The translations under genes were made by a program, and so were the position numbers. The notes below the pieces were generated by a model. It saw nothing but the letters and a program-made list of their open reading frames with translations. It had not been told where the DNA came from and did not search any database. From assembly GCA_963720465.1 (NCBI GenBank), contig OY970393.1, positions 1,344,001-1,408,000 of the forward strand: 64,000 nt of DNA, given 5' to 3'. Shown one piece after another: positions 9,151-19,523 of this stretch (the stretch's first letter is position 1; every line of letters starts with the position of its first letter). This DNA is from Methanobacteriota archaeon (GTDB taxonomy: Archaea; Halobacteriota; Bog-38; Methanoflorentales; Methanoflorentaceae).

Positions 9151-10230
9151 GTGTTGAATGAAGGCCACGGCAATCAGAAGCTCAGCCGAGTCGGTGCGCG
9201 GATCAAGTCTCGCGTAGATCAAGCGAGCGATGCTGCTGACGGAGAGAGGGTGGGTTCTTCCCAGTTCACTCCCGCACTATTCTACGCGAAAGACCACAAC
9301 GACTATGCGCAAGCACTTGCACTCAAGCGAGCTTTAATCGAAAAGCACAACGGGAAAGCGCTCGAAGAGGTGACTCCTGGAACCGAACTCGTCACTGATC
9401 GCGGGACGTGTTACCGCGTAGACACGGAAGAGAGGGTAAGCATACATACGGTACCTCCAGAGAGAGCCAAAGAGAGCCTATTAGCAGATTTTAAGCTCCT
9501 CCACGGCGTTAGAGAGACTACCGAGCGCGCCTTGAAGGGGCGTGGCTACCGCAGCATCGCTGATCTCGTCGAGGACGACCGCTTTGGCGCCCAGGCTCTC
9601 AGCTTCTTAAAGCTTGTCGAAACGCGCGACACGGGTGAATTGATCGAATGGGTTGGAAGAAGGTTTCCGAGATCCGATCCGCTCGCACTGCACGCCTCAG
9701 GCTTTCATACGCCAGACCAGTTGCTTTTTGTGGATCTCGAGACGCTAGGGCTCTTCTCCAGCCCAATCATAATCATAGGAGTTGCTGAGGCGGTCGACGA
9801 GACCCTGACCGTCCGCCAGTACGTTTCAAGAAACGTAGGCGAAGAACCGGCGGCACTGGCAGCGCTGCTTTCGCACGTTAACTCAAGCACTGCTCTTGTA
9901 ACGTTCAACGGGAGGGCTTTTGACGTCCCTTTCCTTGAGCAGCGCCTCGCTTACTACCGGATCCACGGCAATTTACAGAGGGCTCACTTCGATATGCTCC
10001 ATTTCGCGCGGCGAAGGTGGCGAGGACTGACTCCTGACTTCAAGCTGGCCTCGTTGGAAAAACACGTGATAGGCGCTCGTCAATCAGATATTCCTAGCGC
10101 GCTAGTGCCGGAGTTCTATGAGACCTATCTACGCACTCAGAACGCCGGACCGTTAGTCGCGATTATCGACCATAACAGACAGGATCTAATCGCGCTGGCG
10201 CACATTTTCTCCAAGATTTGTGAGGGGTAA
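9151..10230 (+). CDS. RNase H-like DEDD exonuclease (YprB/MrfB-like)
   Basis: FVDLETLG, TFNGRAFDVP, HFDML and HNRQDL; HhH-like segment LHGVRETTERAL. Confidence 0.85.
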   Translation: MLNEGHGNQKLSRVGARIKSRVDQASDAADGERVGSSQFTPALFYAKDHNDYAQALALKRALIEKHNGKALEEVTPGTELVTDRGTCYRVDTEERVSIHTVPPERAKESLLADFKLLHGVRETTERALKGRGYRSIADLVEDDRFGAQALSFLKLVETRDTGELIEWVGRRFPRSDPLALHASGFHTPDQLLFVDLETLGLFSSPIIIIGVAEAVDETLTVRQYVSRNVGEEPAALAALLSHVNSSTALVTFNGRAFDVPFLEQRLAYYRIHGNLQRAHFDMLHFARRRWRGLTPDFKLASLEKHVIGARQSDIPSALVPEFYETYLRTQNAGPLVAIIDHNRQDLIALAHIFSKICEG

Positions 10231-10274
10231 GTATATCTGTCGAGACGGTTCTGCGAATCCTGCAAAGCGACCGA

Positions 10275-12503
10275 ATGTTCAGCCGGAAGGTTGCACACAC
10301 CGAAGTGTTGTCTGCCCGAGAACCGATCTTCGCTGTAACGGCGGAAGAGATCGCGCCAAACGTCCACGCTTTCCTGCGCAAAAAGGGTATTCGGCTGTAC
10401 CGTCACCAAATCGAAGCGCGTGCTGCGTTGCGCGAAGGCAAAGACATAATTATCGCAACCGCCACCGCTTCTGGCAAGACGCTCGCGTTCAACGTTCCAA
10501 TTTTTGAGGAGCTCGACCGCGAGCATAACGCGACTGCGCTCTACGTCTATCCAACGAAAGCGCTCTCGAATGATCAGCTGAAGGTACTTCAAGAGCTCGA
10601 GCTGATTAGCGCCGTTCGTGTCAATCCGAGCGTTTATGACGGGGATACGCCCTCGCATAAGCGGCCAAAGATTCGAAAGAGTGCGAGGATCGTGATCAGT
10701 AACCCGTACGAACTGCATCACGTCTTACCTTGGCACTACAAATGGCAACGATTTCTGGCGAACTTGAAGTTCATTGTCATTGACGAGGCACACGTGTATC
10801 GTGGGGTCTTTGGATCGAACGTCGCCCTTTTGATAAGGCGCCTACAACGACTCTGCTCGTATTACGGATCCGAGCCGCAGTTTGTCATCTCCACCGCGAC
10901 CCTTGCAAATCCGATCGAATTTGGCGAGAAGCTCACCGGAAGAACCTTCACCCTCATATCTGAAGATGGATCCCCAAGAGGGCGCAAATATTTCGTCCTG
11001 TATAACCCGTACGCTGACGGCATAGGGAAACGGTCCGCCCATCAGGAAGCCAAAGACTTGTTCCTACTCTTTATCCGCAACCAGCTGCAGACACTCTGTT
11101 TCGCACCGTCGCGAAAGATGGCAGAACTCATTGCCCTTTGGGCAAAAAATGAGGCGAAAGAATCGACACCGTTGCTCGCCGACCGGATTGCAGCCTATCG
11201 GGCCGGCTACTTGCCGTCGACACGGCGGCGGATCGAAGAACACTTAAGAAGCGGGCGCTTGGCAGGCGTAACGTCTACGAATGCACTGGAGCTCGGCATT
11301 GACATCGGTAGCTTAGACGCTGTCATCATGGCAGGGTATCCCGGCACGATCATTTCGACGTGGCAACAAGCGGGGAGAGCGGGCCGGGGGCAGGACGAGT
11401 CGCTCGCAACCCTGGTCGGATTTCACGACCCGCTCGACCAGTACTTTATGAAGCATCCTGGCGCGCTGTTCGGAGGGTCGCACGAGCACGCCATTATCGA
11501 TCTATCGAACGAGTATATTGTCCTCGGACACGTTATGTGCGCGGCTGCCGAGTTGCCGCTTCGCCTACCTCACGACGCAGCGTACTTTCCCGCTCTCCTC
11601 TCAGAATCGCTTGAGGAGCTGCAGCGCCAAGGCTTGGCCAAAGACACTCCAAATGGGTGGGTGTACTCAGGCAGGGGCAGGGCCACAGAGGCGGTCCCTC
11701 TGAACGCGCTCTCCCCCCAGACATTCAAAGTTCTCTACGAGGGGCGGCTCCTCGAAACACTCGACAAGACCCGCGCATACCGAGAGGCTCACGCGGGGGC
11801 GGTGCTGCTTCACGAAGGTGAGACCTACGTCGTCGAGCAGCTCGACTTGACCAACCGCGTTATTTCCGTGAGCAAGAAGAACGTAGACTACTACACAGTT
11901 CCGATGAAAACCGTTGATCTTCGGATCGTCAAAGAGCTCGAAAAAAGGCCTCAAGGTGCGCTCGTGGTATCATTCGGCATCGTCGAAGTCGTTGAGCAGT
12001 ACGTCGGATACAAGACGCTCCGGTACGATCAAACCGTGGGAATCGAGAGCCTTGATTTGCCGCCGCTCCGCTTCACCACGACGGCGCTGTGGTTCAGAGT
12101 CCCGGAAGATGCGGTCACACAGGTGGAAAATGAGGGACTCGACATCGGCGGCGGTCTGCACGGCGCAGAGCACGCGCTGATCGCCATGATGCCGCTGCAC
12201 GTTATGTGCGATAGGTGGGACATCGGTGGCGTTTCGACCACGTGCCATCCAGATACCGCTGCTCCAACGATCTTCATCTATGACGGTTTTGAGGGCGGAA
12301 TCGGCCTAGCCGAAAAAGCCGTAGAGCTGATTGCCGAAATTGTCACCGTCACCCGCGAGCTTGTCACAGGGTGCTCCTGTGACGTCGGATGCCCGGCGTG
12401 TATCTACTCCCCGAAATGCGGAAATGACAATAAGCCACTCGACAAGCAGGCCGCAATCGTCGTGCTGGAACAGCTTGCGAATATGGTGTCCCCCTATCTC
12501 TAA
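10275..12503 (+). CDS. DEAD/DEAH helicase with DUF1998 Zn domain (YprA/MrfA/Hrq1 family)
   Basis: TATASGKT, DEAH, TNALELGIDIG, QQAGRAGR and C-terminal CSCDVGCPACIYSPKC. Confidence 0.93.
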   Translation: MFSRKVAHTEVLSAREPIFAVTAEEIAPNVHAFLRKKGIRLYRHQIEARAALREGKDIIIATATASGKTLAFNVPIFEELDREHNATALYVYPTKALSNDQLKVLQELELISAVRVNPSVYDGDTPSHKRPKIRKSARIVISNPYELHHVLPWHYKWQRFLANLKFIVIDEAHVYRGVFGSNVALLIRRLQRLCSYYGSEPQFVISTATLANPIEFGEKLTGRTFTLISEDGSPRGRKYFVLYNPYADGIGKRSAHQEAKDLFLLFIRNQLQTLCFAPSRKMAELIALWAKNEAKESTPLLADRIAAYRAGYLPSTRRRIEEHLRSGRLAGVTSTNALELGIDIGSLDAVIMAGYPGTIISTWQQAGRAGRGQDESLATLVGFHDPLDQYFMKHPGALFGGSHEHAIIDLSNEYIVLGHVMCAAAELPLRLPHDAAYFPALLSESLEELQRQGLAKDTPNGWVYSGRGRATEAVPLNALSPQTFKVLYEGRLLETLDKTRAYREAHAGAVLLHEGETYVVEQLDLTNRVISVSKKNVDYYTVPMKTVDLRIVKELEKRPQGALVVSFGIVEVVEQYVGYKTLRYDQTVGIESLDLPPLRFTTTALWFRVPEDAVTQVENEGLDIGGGLHGAEHALIAMMPLHVMCDRWDIGGVSTTCHPDTAAPTIFIYDGFEGGIGLAEKAVELIAEIVTVTRELVTGCSCDVGCPACIYSPKCGNDNKPLDKQAAIVVLEQLANMVSPYL

Positions 12504-12712
12504 TAGATAAGCTGAACTGTCCTCTGGCGTTCGACTCAAAGCAGCTCTTGTCGCATCTGGGTCTTGCTGATCGCGTTGCAGTTACCGCGTATTCTGGTCA
12601 ACTCTGAGGGAGGCAAGCGCCGGGCAGATAGGAAGATACCTAATCGTGCGTTGCGCACTCTTGTGCCAAGCGTGCAAGCTACAAACAGTTAATACGATGC
12701 AAAACAGATCGG

Positions 12713-13468
12713 GTGCGTTGTCTTACCGTGGGATGTGCTGAAATCGTGCCATTCGAGGTTATTCCCGCTATTGACATTAAGGATGGTCGCTGTGTTCAAC
12801 TTGTCGGAGGGGTACCGGATGACGTCCTCGTTTCACTCGAGGACCCGCTTGCTGTCGCAGAACACTGGATTACCAGTGGCGCTGACCACCTTCACGTCAT
12901 CGATCTTGACGGTGCATTCGGGAAGCCGCGGAATCTGAAGCTTATCTATAAGCTAGCAAAACTCGACGCGTTTATCGAGGTAGGCGGCGGGATTCGCACA
13001 TATGAAGACGTCGCTGATTTACTTCAGGTCGGCGCAAACAGGGTGATTCTTGGCACCGCCGCTGTACGAGATCCGACCATTGTCCACAATATGAGTCGCG
13101 AGTTTGGCAGCGAGGCCATTATGGTGGCCGTTGACGCGCGAGGCGGTGAGGTCCTCATTGAAGGATGGACCCGAAGCTCCGGCTTGAGGCCGCAGGAGCT
13201 TGGCCTGCTCTTTCAAGAGCTAGGCGCAGGTTCACTGCTCTTTACGGACGTGGAAACAGAGGGGAGGATGAGTGGAGTACGGAGCGACGTCATACGCGCT
13301 CTCGTCGAATACGTTGACATCCCCGTCATCGCGTCGGGCGGCATCGGCGTTCTGGGTGACATCAGAGCGATTGCTCGGACGGGGGCAGCCGGCGTTGTGA
13401 TCGGCTCCGCAATATACACCGGTAAGTTCACGCTCAACGAAGCGTTTAACATCGTGAGTGACCTCTAG
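12713..13468 (+). CDS. hisA: ProFAR isomerase (true start may be slightly downstream)
   Basis: IPAIDIKDGRCVQL, LHVIDLDGA, VGGGIR and IASGG. Confidence 0.93.
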   Translation: MRCLTVGCAEIVPFEVIPAIDIKDGRCVQLVGGVPDDVLVSLEDPLAVAEHWITSGADHLHVIDLDGAFGKPRNLKLIYKLAKLDAFIEVGGGIRTYEDVADLLQVGANRVILGTAAVRDPTIVHNMSREFGSEAIMVAVDARGGEVLIEGWTRSSGLRPQELGLLFQELGAGSLLFTDVETEGRMSGVRSDVIRALVEYVDIPVIASGGIGVLGDIRAIARTGAAGVVIGSAIYTGKFTLNEAFNIVSDL

Positions 13469-13473
13469 AATGT

Positions 13474-14046
13474 ATGATCGATATGCGCAGGGCTGACGTC
13501 GCGAGAACAACCAAAGAGACCAAGATCGACCTTCATCTTGATCTCGATGACGCTTCGGAGAGAGCCATTGACACCGGCGTGCCATTTTTTACGCACGTGC
13601 TAGAGGCGCTATCCCTACACGGCGGCATAGGGGTACGCCTTACTGTGCTAAGCGACGGAAATCCGCATCACGTCGTCGAGGATGTCGGCATCGCGCTCGG
13701 AATGGCTCTTAAAAGTGTGATCACGAACATAGAGGGCATCAAAAGGTTCGGAAGTGCCTCTATTCCCATGGACGATTCGCTCGCGACCATCGCCGTCGAT
13801 GCTGCTGGACGGAGCTACCTGGTGTTTAATACCACGATCTCCTCAGGCGTCGACGGCATCGATGCCAGCCTGGTGAAACACTTCATCCAATCGCTCGCTT
13901 CTCACGCTATGCTTACGATTCACGTGAACGCGTACGGCACGGATGACCATCACACGATAGAGGCTATTTTCAAAGCGCTGGGCATCGCTCTTAGTGATGC
14001 GCTGCAGCCCAGAGAGGGAGTGCGGAGCACAAAGGGGATGCTATAG
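13474..14046 (+). CDS. hisB: Imidazoleglycerol-phosphate dehydratase
   Basis: RTTKET, HHVVEDVGI, PMDDSL, DDHHTIEAIFKA and STKG. Confidence 0.95.
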   Translation: MIDMRRADVARTTKETKIDLHLDLDDASERAIDTGVPFFTHVLEALSLHGGIGVRLTVLSDGNPHHVVEDVGIALGMALKSVITNIEGIKRFGSASIPMDDSLATIAVDAAGRSYLVFNTTISSGVDGIDASLVKHFIQSLASHAMLTIHVNAYGTDDHHTIEAIFKALGIALSDALQPREGVRSTKGML

Positions 14047-14169
14047 GCTGTTTCGTTCGCAACTCGCTCGAAAGGCGGCATCGTCGCTCGTGATCTCGAA
14101 GCGCGGGCCCGGTCACGCAGATCGGCGCACCACTCGAATGGTCCTCAGTTTTCAGAGGGGTCGGGGCCT

Positions 14170-14388
14170 CTACGCCTTTGAAGACGTACAGTAGGAGTAC
14201 CACTCTTTCCATTCCTCTTGTGCGTCCCAAAAAGGGCATTCGAACATAGGAGAGGTCCATTGCTTGAGGCGCGCACAATAGTACTTCGGCTCAGCGGCGG
14301 CATCGAACTTCGTCTGATGGCGGCACAGCGAACATCGACGGAGTGGAATGCAGCCTGTGTCAAAGCGTTGCCAATCAATTTCGGTCAT
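14170..14388 (-). CDS. Small Cys-rich hypothetical protein (72 aa)
   Basis: MTEIDW...RRCSLCRH...YYC...FECPFW; ATG at 14388 inside the longer track ORF. Confidence 0.5.
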   Translation of the reverse strand: MTEIDWQRFDTGCIPLRRCSLCRHQTKFDAAAEPKYYCARLKQWTSPMFECPFWDAQEEWKEWYSYCTSSKA

Positions 14389-14599
14389 GCTATCCCTTTT
14401 CGTCGTGGTGAGCGCAAAACAAAATTGCGTAAAACTGCTGCGACTTAGCCGACTGCTCGAGCGAATCTTGCGTGATACGACGATGGATAGTGACATAACG
14501 TTTGCGACTGCTTTCCAAAGAACATGCTTCTGCTTTTTTAGCGCCCTGCAGAGCCGGTTTGCAAGGAAAAAGCCTTGAAAAAGCATTCGCGAGATCGCA

Positions 14600-15181
14600 T
14601 GAGCTCGGCAAACTCATCTCGCCGTCAAATAACGGCGACGATCCTAAGAATTATTCTCAATATGTTGAAAAAAATACCACGACGGATAAACAAGGCAATT
14701 ATCCCATTGTGGACAGCTTCGAGGCCAGTGTCGCTAGTACGCGACGATAATTGGAGGCGATGCAAACAACACCGCGCAGAGCTACAATCTGTCTATCAAC
14801 GGTCCCATCGCAGAGTATGATCAGATCATTCGAGACATCAACACGCTCAATGTCAACATCACTAAGCTCTTTGCAGCGAATATCAAGCTCACTGACAAGA
14901 TCTTCCTCCTAACCCTAAGCACTACGGTAGGACTCGATGTAAACCTCGGCGGCTACCAAGCCGCAACGATGCAGCTTAAAAATGTGATTGTCCCACGAAT
15001 AGGGGGCTGCGCAAATGGCGCTACGCTGCACCCCAACGACGCGGTCAACACGCGTGTCCGGCACAAGGACAGGTTTTTTCCGGTGGCGAACACGCTAGCC
15101 AACAATGCTGCTTCTTGTCTGGGAATGACGGCCGGATATAATCAGCCCAGGCAGACAACTTCTGCCAAGTCTTCGTGCTAG
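14600..15181 (+). pseudogene. Degraded fragment of a surface/secreted protein
   Basis: TTTDKQGNY segment, a frame change near 14735, then a long open frame lacking a start (GGDANNTAQSYNLSING...IVPRIGGCANGATLHPND). Confidence 0.45.
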
Positions 15182-15447
15182 GCGTCCTGATCCTTTTTCT
15201 CAAGTAAAGGCTAGGTGACTGCTCTAGCTAAAATCTGCTAAGAGTGGAAGCTGACGGGTTACGAGGGTTCCCTGCAGAAGCTTTATCAACTCCAACCTGC
15301 CGCGATTAACACGTTAGGCCAGCAACCGGTTGACACAGGACAAAATGAATAAAGCCGTTAAGCGAGATGATGAGCGAATCTATCGTCAGATGCAGCTCGA
15401 CACGGCGGACCCAAAGGCATAAGTCCAACCGCTACGTATTCCCGCCT

Positions 15448-16308
15448 ATGCAGCAGGCGTTAATTGAAAAGCTTGAAGCGTTCGGCCTCAGCGCGAAAGA
15501 GGCTCACCTGTACGCATTATTGCTGAAGTACGGTCCGAAAACGACAGGGGAGCTCGCCAAACTGCTGCACAGCTATAGAGTCGACGTCTATCGGATCCTT
15601 GAAACGCTCGCAGAAAAAGGGATGGTTGAAGAGTCGGTCGAGAAGCCAACAAAATACGCGGCGGTTTCAATCGAACCGGCGCTCGAAGCCGCTATGATGC
15701 GCCACGCGTATGAGCTTCGCTGGATGGAAGAGAATCGGGATGAAGTGTTAAAGCTCGCAAACGAGTACTTGTCCAGTGACGTCCTCGCGAACGACCTTTA
15801 TACGTTCAAAGTGATAAAAGGCCGTTCTAACACGCTCGCCGCCATGGAGCAGCTAGTTAAGACCGCAGAAGAACGCGTCTTATTCATTTCGTCACTTGGC
15901 GGCATTCCAGTGCTCTCTACGAGCGGGCTACTCGAGAATTTCATCGACGCGACACATAGAGGCGTTCGCGTGCGATACATCGCCGAAATCTTACTACGTA
16001 ACATCGATTCGGTGCGAGAGGCTCTTGAAGGGGGGATCGAGGTCCGCCACCACGACGACTACGCGGGGATGCGCTTTCTGGTCGCCGACGCTCACGAAAG
16101 TCTGACGACCATAACGTTTGATGCGCTCCGCCACGGAAAGGACGCAGCTGATACCGCTTTCTGGACGAATAGCCCCGAATATGCACAATATCTCGAGGCT
16201 AGCTTCGAGCTCCTGTGGGACAACTCCACCGACGCCCAGCAACGCATTGACTACGTGCTCGCGGATACGCAAAAGGCCCGGCCACACGCAGCCAAAAATA
16301 GCCCTTAG
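15448..16308 (+). CDS. TrmB-family transcriptional regulator
   Basis: LEAFGLSAKEAHLY...VYRILETLAEKGMV...PTKYAA wHTH plus PLD-like effector domain. Confidence 0.9.
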   Translation: MQQALIEKLEAFGLSAKEAHLYALLLKYGPKTTGELAKLLHSYRVDVYRILETLAEKGMVEESVEKPTKYAAVSIEPALEAAMMRHAYELRWMEENRDEVLKLANEYLSSDVLANDLYTFKVIKGRSNTLAAMEQLVKTAEERVLFISSLGGIPVLSTSGLLENFIDATHRGVRVRYIAEILLRNIDSVREALEGGIEVRHHDDYAGMRFLVADAHESLTTITFDALRHGKDAADTAFWTNSPEYAQYLEASFELLWDNSTDAQQRIDYVLADTQKARPHAAKNSP

Positions 16309-16408
16309 CTCGCGTGCGCGCTGATAAGTCAAGTTCGAAGCGTTTTTATAGGTATAAGGTTCACCATCCGTTGAGGGCCGAGCGATCGTTTTTGCGGTGT
16401 GATGTCTT

Positions 16409-17689
16409 ATGAAAAGAGCACACATACATACGTGCATACTTATCTTCGTAGTCACCGCGCTTATCGCAGCCTTTATTGCCGCGCCGATCGCAGCGACGAC
16501 CATGGTTTCTCTTAACGAGAAGCAGGTTAATGCGGGAGGTGCAGTGCTGATACAGGCCAATCTCGGTAAGGTAGGAGATACGTCAAAGATCGAGTACTAC
16601 TACGACTACGAGAAAAAAGGCATCGACGATGACCCTGGGAGTGTGTGGACGACCATAGCAGTCGTCAAAGACGGTGGCCAGAACAACCTTATTCCAGGAC
16701 CGAGCGGCCAAATCGAATACCGCTGGGTGCCCCCGGCCAGTCTCACTCCGGGCCAGTACTTGATTCGGGTGACCGACTCAGATAATTCCACCCCAATCGT
16801 CGCGCCAATCGAACTCACCAATCCGACGACGCCGCAGATTTCGTTCCTCGTCAACGGCACTGCCACCGATCGCGTCAGTCCCGGAGGATTCGTTCAGGTT
16901 TCGGCAGACGTCCTCAACAACTGCGCGCTTTGCCATAGCGGCGACCCGTCGACGTGGAATGCCTCGAACCCCGGTTTCGATCAACAGAAGATGGCAGCGC
17001 ACATAACGGCGGACTTGAGTGGCCTCACCGGCAATCCAAACGACACCGCGGTACCTGCTGAGATGATGCTCGGGCACGGCGTGGTAGGGTGGAATGTGCA
17101 GCTATCCCCAAACGTACCCGAAGGCACTGTAGGCCAGGTCTATATCCAAGTAACCCAGGCGAATTTAACGATTTCCAGTCACAACGCTACAGCAGAGACA
17201 AATGCCACGACTAACGCGACTGCCAATACCACAAGCAATGCGACAAACATTTTGAACGAAACCAACCGCACGGAGAGCAACACCACGCTTACCATCACGG
17301 CGATCTCGGCGCCCGCCTACCAAAATGACACCGTCTCGGTCAATGTTACGGTGCTGAATCGAGGCGCCGACACCGCAAATTCAACGTACCTCGTCTTCCC
17401 AGACCTGCCAAAAGACATCAGCGTTGATAACGGAGGCGCCCTTGACATCGCACCCAATTCAACTGCGGTCTTCTCGGTGAACATCACCGCCTTAACTGGC
17501 GCTTCAGGCAACTACGACCTTAGCTTCCACGCGATCAGCGGGAACCTCACGAGCGAGAACGAAACCATCCCCATCCAAATCGGCAACGTCGCCGCATCTA
17601 ACAGCGGAAACCCACTACCCGGCTTCGATGCCGCCTTCGCTGTCGCCGGACTGATAGTCGCCGCTTACGTCGTAACCAGAAGGCGTTAG
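16409..17689 (+). CDS. Secreted PGF-CTERM surface glycoprotein with a single CxxCH motif
   Basis: Signal peptide, CALCH, Asn/Thr-rich linker with many N-x-S/T sequons, C-terminal LPGFDAAFAVAGLIVAAYVVTRRR. Confidence 0.85.
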   Translation: MKRAHIHTCILIFVVTALIAAFIAAPIAATTMVSLNEKQVNAGGAVLIQANLGKVGDTSKIEYYYDYEKKGIDDDPGSVWTTIAVVKDGGQNNLIPGPSGQIEYRWVPPASLTPGQYLIRVTDSDNSTPIVAPIELTNPTTPQISFLVNGTATDRVSPGGFVQVSADVLNNCALCHSGDPSTWNASNPGFDQQKMAAHITADLSGLTGNPNDTAVPAEMMLGHGVVGWNVQLSPNVPEGTVGQVYIQVTQANLTISSHNATAETNATTNATANTTSNATNILNETNRTESNTTLTITAISAPAYQNDTVSVNVTVLNRGADTANSTYLVFPDLPKDISVDNGGALDIAPNSTAVFSVNITALTGASGNYDLSFHAISGNLTSENETIPIQIGNVAASNSGNPLPGFDAAFAVAGLIVAAYVVTRRR

Positions 17690-17745
17690 CCGTCGCACGT
17701 TCCCCAAAGGGTGTGTATATATACGCCCCGATGCTATCTTTGAAT

Positions 17746-18180
17746 ATGCAAACCGGCCAGGTCTTTGACGATATCGAAGCCGTCATCATGGCGGTGAACG
17801 AAACCCCCGAGTATCGAGAAGAGATCATAGACGGGTTCATCGACCAGACGCTGGGCCGGCGAAAGCGCCGATTTGCGATGTGGCGCACGACGGCAATTCT
17901 TCTTGCTGTCGGCATTCTTGGAACGCTGTTTATCGACCGACTCATATCATTCCCGTTGAGTGTCTTTGCTCTCACCTTCCTATGGATCACGATCGTTGCC
18001 ACCTACGGGACCACCCGAATGATCGCGATCCTCGAGCGTCACGTTGCGCGCTTCGCGTTGATGTGGCTGCTCACGCGGACCGCCTTGCGGCGAGGTATGT
18101 CCGGGGGCATTCTTACGTTACTGACGCTCTCTGTTGCAAAAACGTGGCTTAAGCGATTCCTCAGCCGGTATTTGGGCTAA
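17746..18180 (+). CDS. Hypothetical membrane protein
   Basis: Open frame with 2-3 hydrophobic segments. Confidence 0.6.
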   Translation: MQTGQVFDDIEAVIMAVNETPEYREEIIDGFIDQTLGRRKRRFAMWRTTAILLAVGILGTLFIDRLISFPLSVFALTFLWITIVATYGTTRMIAILERHVARFALMWLLTRTALRRGMSGGILTLLTLSVAKTWLKRFLSRYLG

Positions 18181-18321
18181 ACGCGTGTTGGCCGCTGCCG
18201 TCCGAACCGCCGTAAGACTTTGAATTACGTGCGCGCGCCACGAATCTGCAAACCGTCGGCGGGTATAGTGCTGCCCGTCCTAATTGCTGGACTGTCGCTG
18301 GAGTTGAAAAGCGGCACCGGG

Positions 18322-19110
18322 CTACCGTCGTACAGCCTCGTCGACGTCGTAACCTTCGTGCACCACGCGTGCGATTTTTCTCACTAAGCTGGTCGGATCC
18401 TTCGCTTGAAATATGTTCCTGCCTATCGCGACGCCACGCCCCCCTGCGTCGATCGAGTCTCTGACCATCTGCAGCAGCTCCTGCTCAGTGTCCATTTGCG
18501 GCCCGCCCGCGACCACGACCGGCACGGGACATCCGGCGATGACTTCTTTAAAGGTGTCGATCTCGCCTGTATAGTTCGTCTTGACGATATCGGCCCCCAG
18601 TTCCGCGCCAACGCGCGCAGCGAGTTTCACGGGCTCGACATCGTGCTCATCTTCGACCTTGTCGCCTCGCGGATACATCATCGCAAGCAGAGGCATGCCC
18701 CAGTAGTCGCACCGTTCCGAAATGTGTCCAAGTGTAGCGAGCATTTCGGATTCATTCTGCGCCCCAACGTTCACGTGAACGCTGACGGCGTCCGCGCCAA
18801 ATTTGATGGCCTCTTCAACGGTCTTTACGAGCACCTTGCGGTTTGGATCGGGAGCAAGCGATGTGCTCGCTGAAAGATGCATTATCAGCCCGACGTCGCG
18901 ACCATAGCCTCTGTGACCGTGTTTTGCCAGGCCGATATGCCCAAGCACGGCATTGGCCCCGCCCTCGGCGACCCTGTTGACGGCGATGCGGAGATCTTCG
19001 AGACCTCTGATGGGGCCGACGCTGACGCCGTGGTCCATCGGCACGATGATGGTATTGCTCGTGTCCCGGTTGAAAATACGCTCAAGGCGAACTGACTTAC
19101 CGATGTACAT
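18322..19110 (-). CDS. DhnA-type class I aldolase / ADH synthase paralog
   Basis: [29 protein letters not shown] and GRNIFQ. Confidence 0.9.
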   Translation of the reverse strand: MYIGKSVRLERIFNRDTSNTIIVPMDHGVSVGPIRGLEDLRIAVNRVAEGGANAVLGHIGLAKHGHRGYGRDVGLIMHLSASTSLAPDPNRKVLVKTVEEAIKFGADAVSVHVNVGAQNESEMLATLGHISERCDYWGMPLLAMMYPRGDKVEDEHDVEPVKLAARVGAELGADIVKTNYTGEIDTFKEVIAGCPVPVVVAGGPQMDTEQELLQMVRDSIDAGGRGVAIGRNIFQAKDPTSLVRKIARVVHEGYDVDEAVRR

Positions 19111-19322
19111 ATAGCCGAAATTACAGCGCGAGGGTTATAAGGTTATGTGCCGTTTTTCAAAGCGGGCTGCTACCGAAGATCAAGCCCGACGCAGCGTAAA
19201 CTGGCCGCTTAAGCGCTTGAACAATTATTCAGAGACGAGGTACCGCTCGCTCCGAGTTATTTCGCCACGCTCTCGGCGAGGCTTCATTGATGTCGTGAGC
19301 TTTAAACGCATGGGGTTCATAG

Positions 19323-19523
19323 ATGCTACTCGCCCATATCCCGCGCTGCTTTCAGTGCGCTCACCGGTGCCCGAACTCAAGAACCACGTGCGAAGCGTTT
19401 CCCAACGGGATTCCCGCGGATATCCGCTACGGTGAACACGATCATCGCGACCCTTATCCTGGAGATGGCGGAATACAGTTCAAGAAACGGGCACCTGCAC
19501 GCACTCGATCTTTGGCAGCCTAA
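19323..19523 (+). CDS. Small phage-type Cys-rich protein
   Basis: CFQCAH...[29 protein letters not shown]; has a paralog at 58613. Confidence 0.75.
   Translation: MLLAHIPRCFQCAHRCPNSRTTCEAFPNGIPADIRYGEHDHRDPYPGDGGIQFKKRAPARTRSLAA

Noticed and set aside
9151-12503. DUF1998 helicase as a DISARM/Druantia-type defence system
   Set aside because: It is paired with a YprB-like exonuclease as in the known MrfAB repair module; no methylase or other defence genes are adjacent
19323-19523. Heme-binding motif in the microproteins
   Set aside because: The motif is CxxCxH, not CxxCH, and there is no signal peptide
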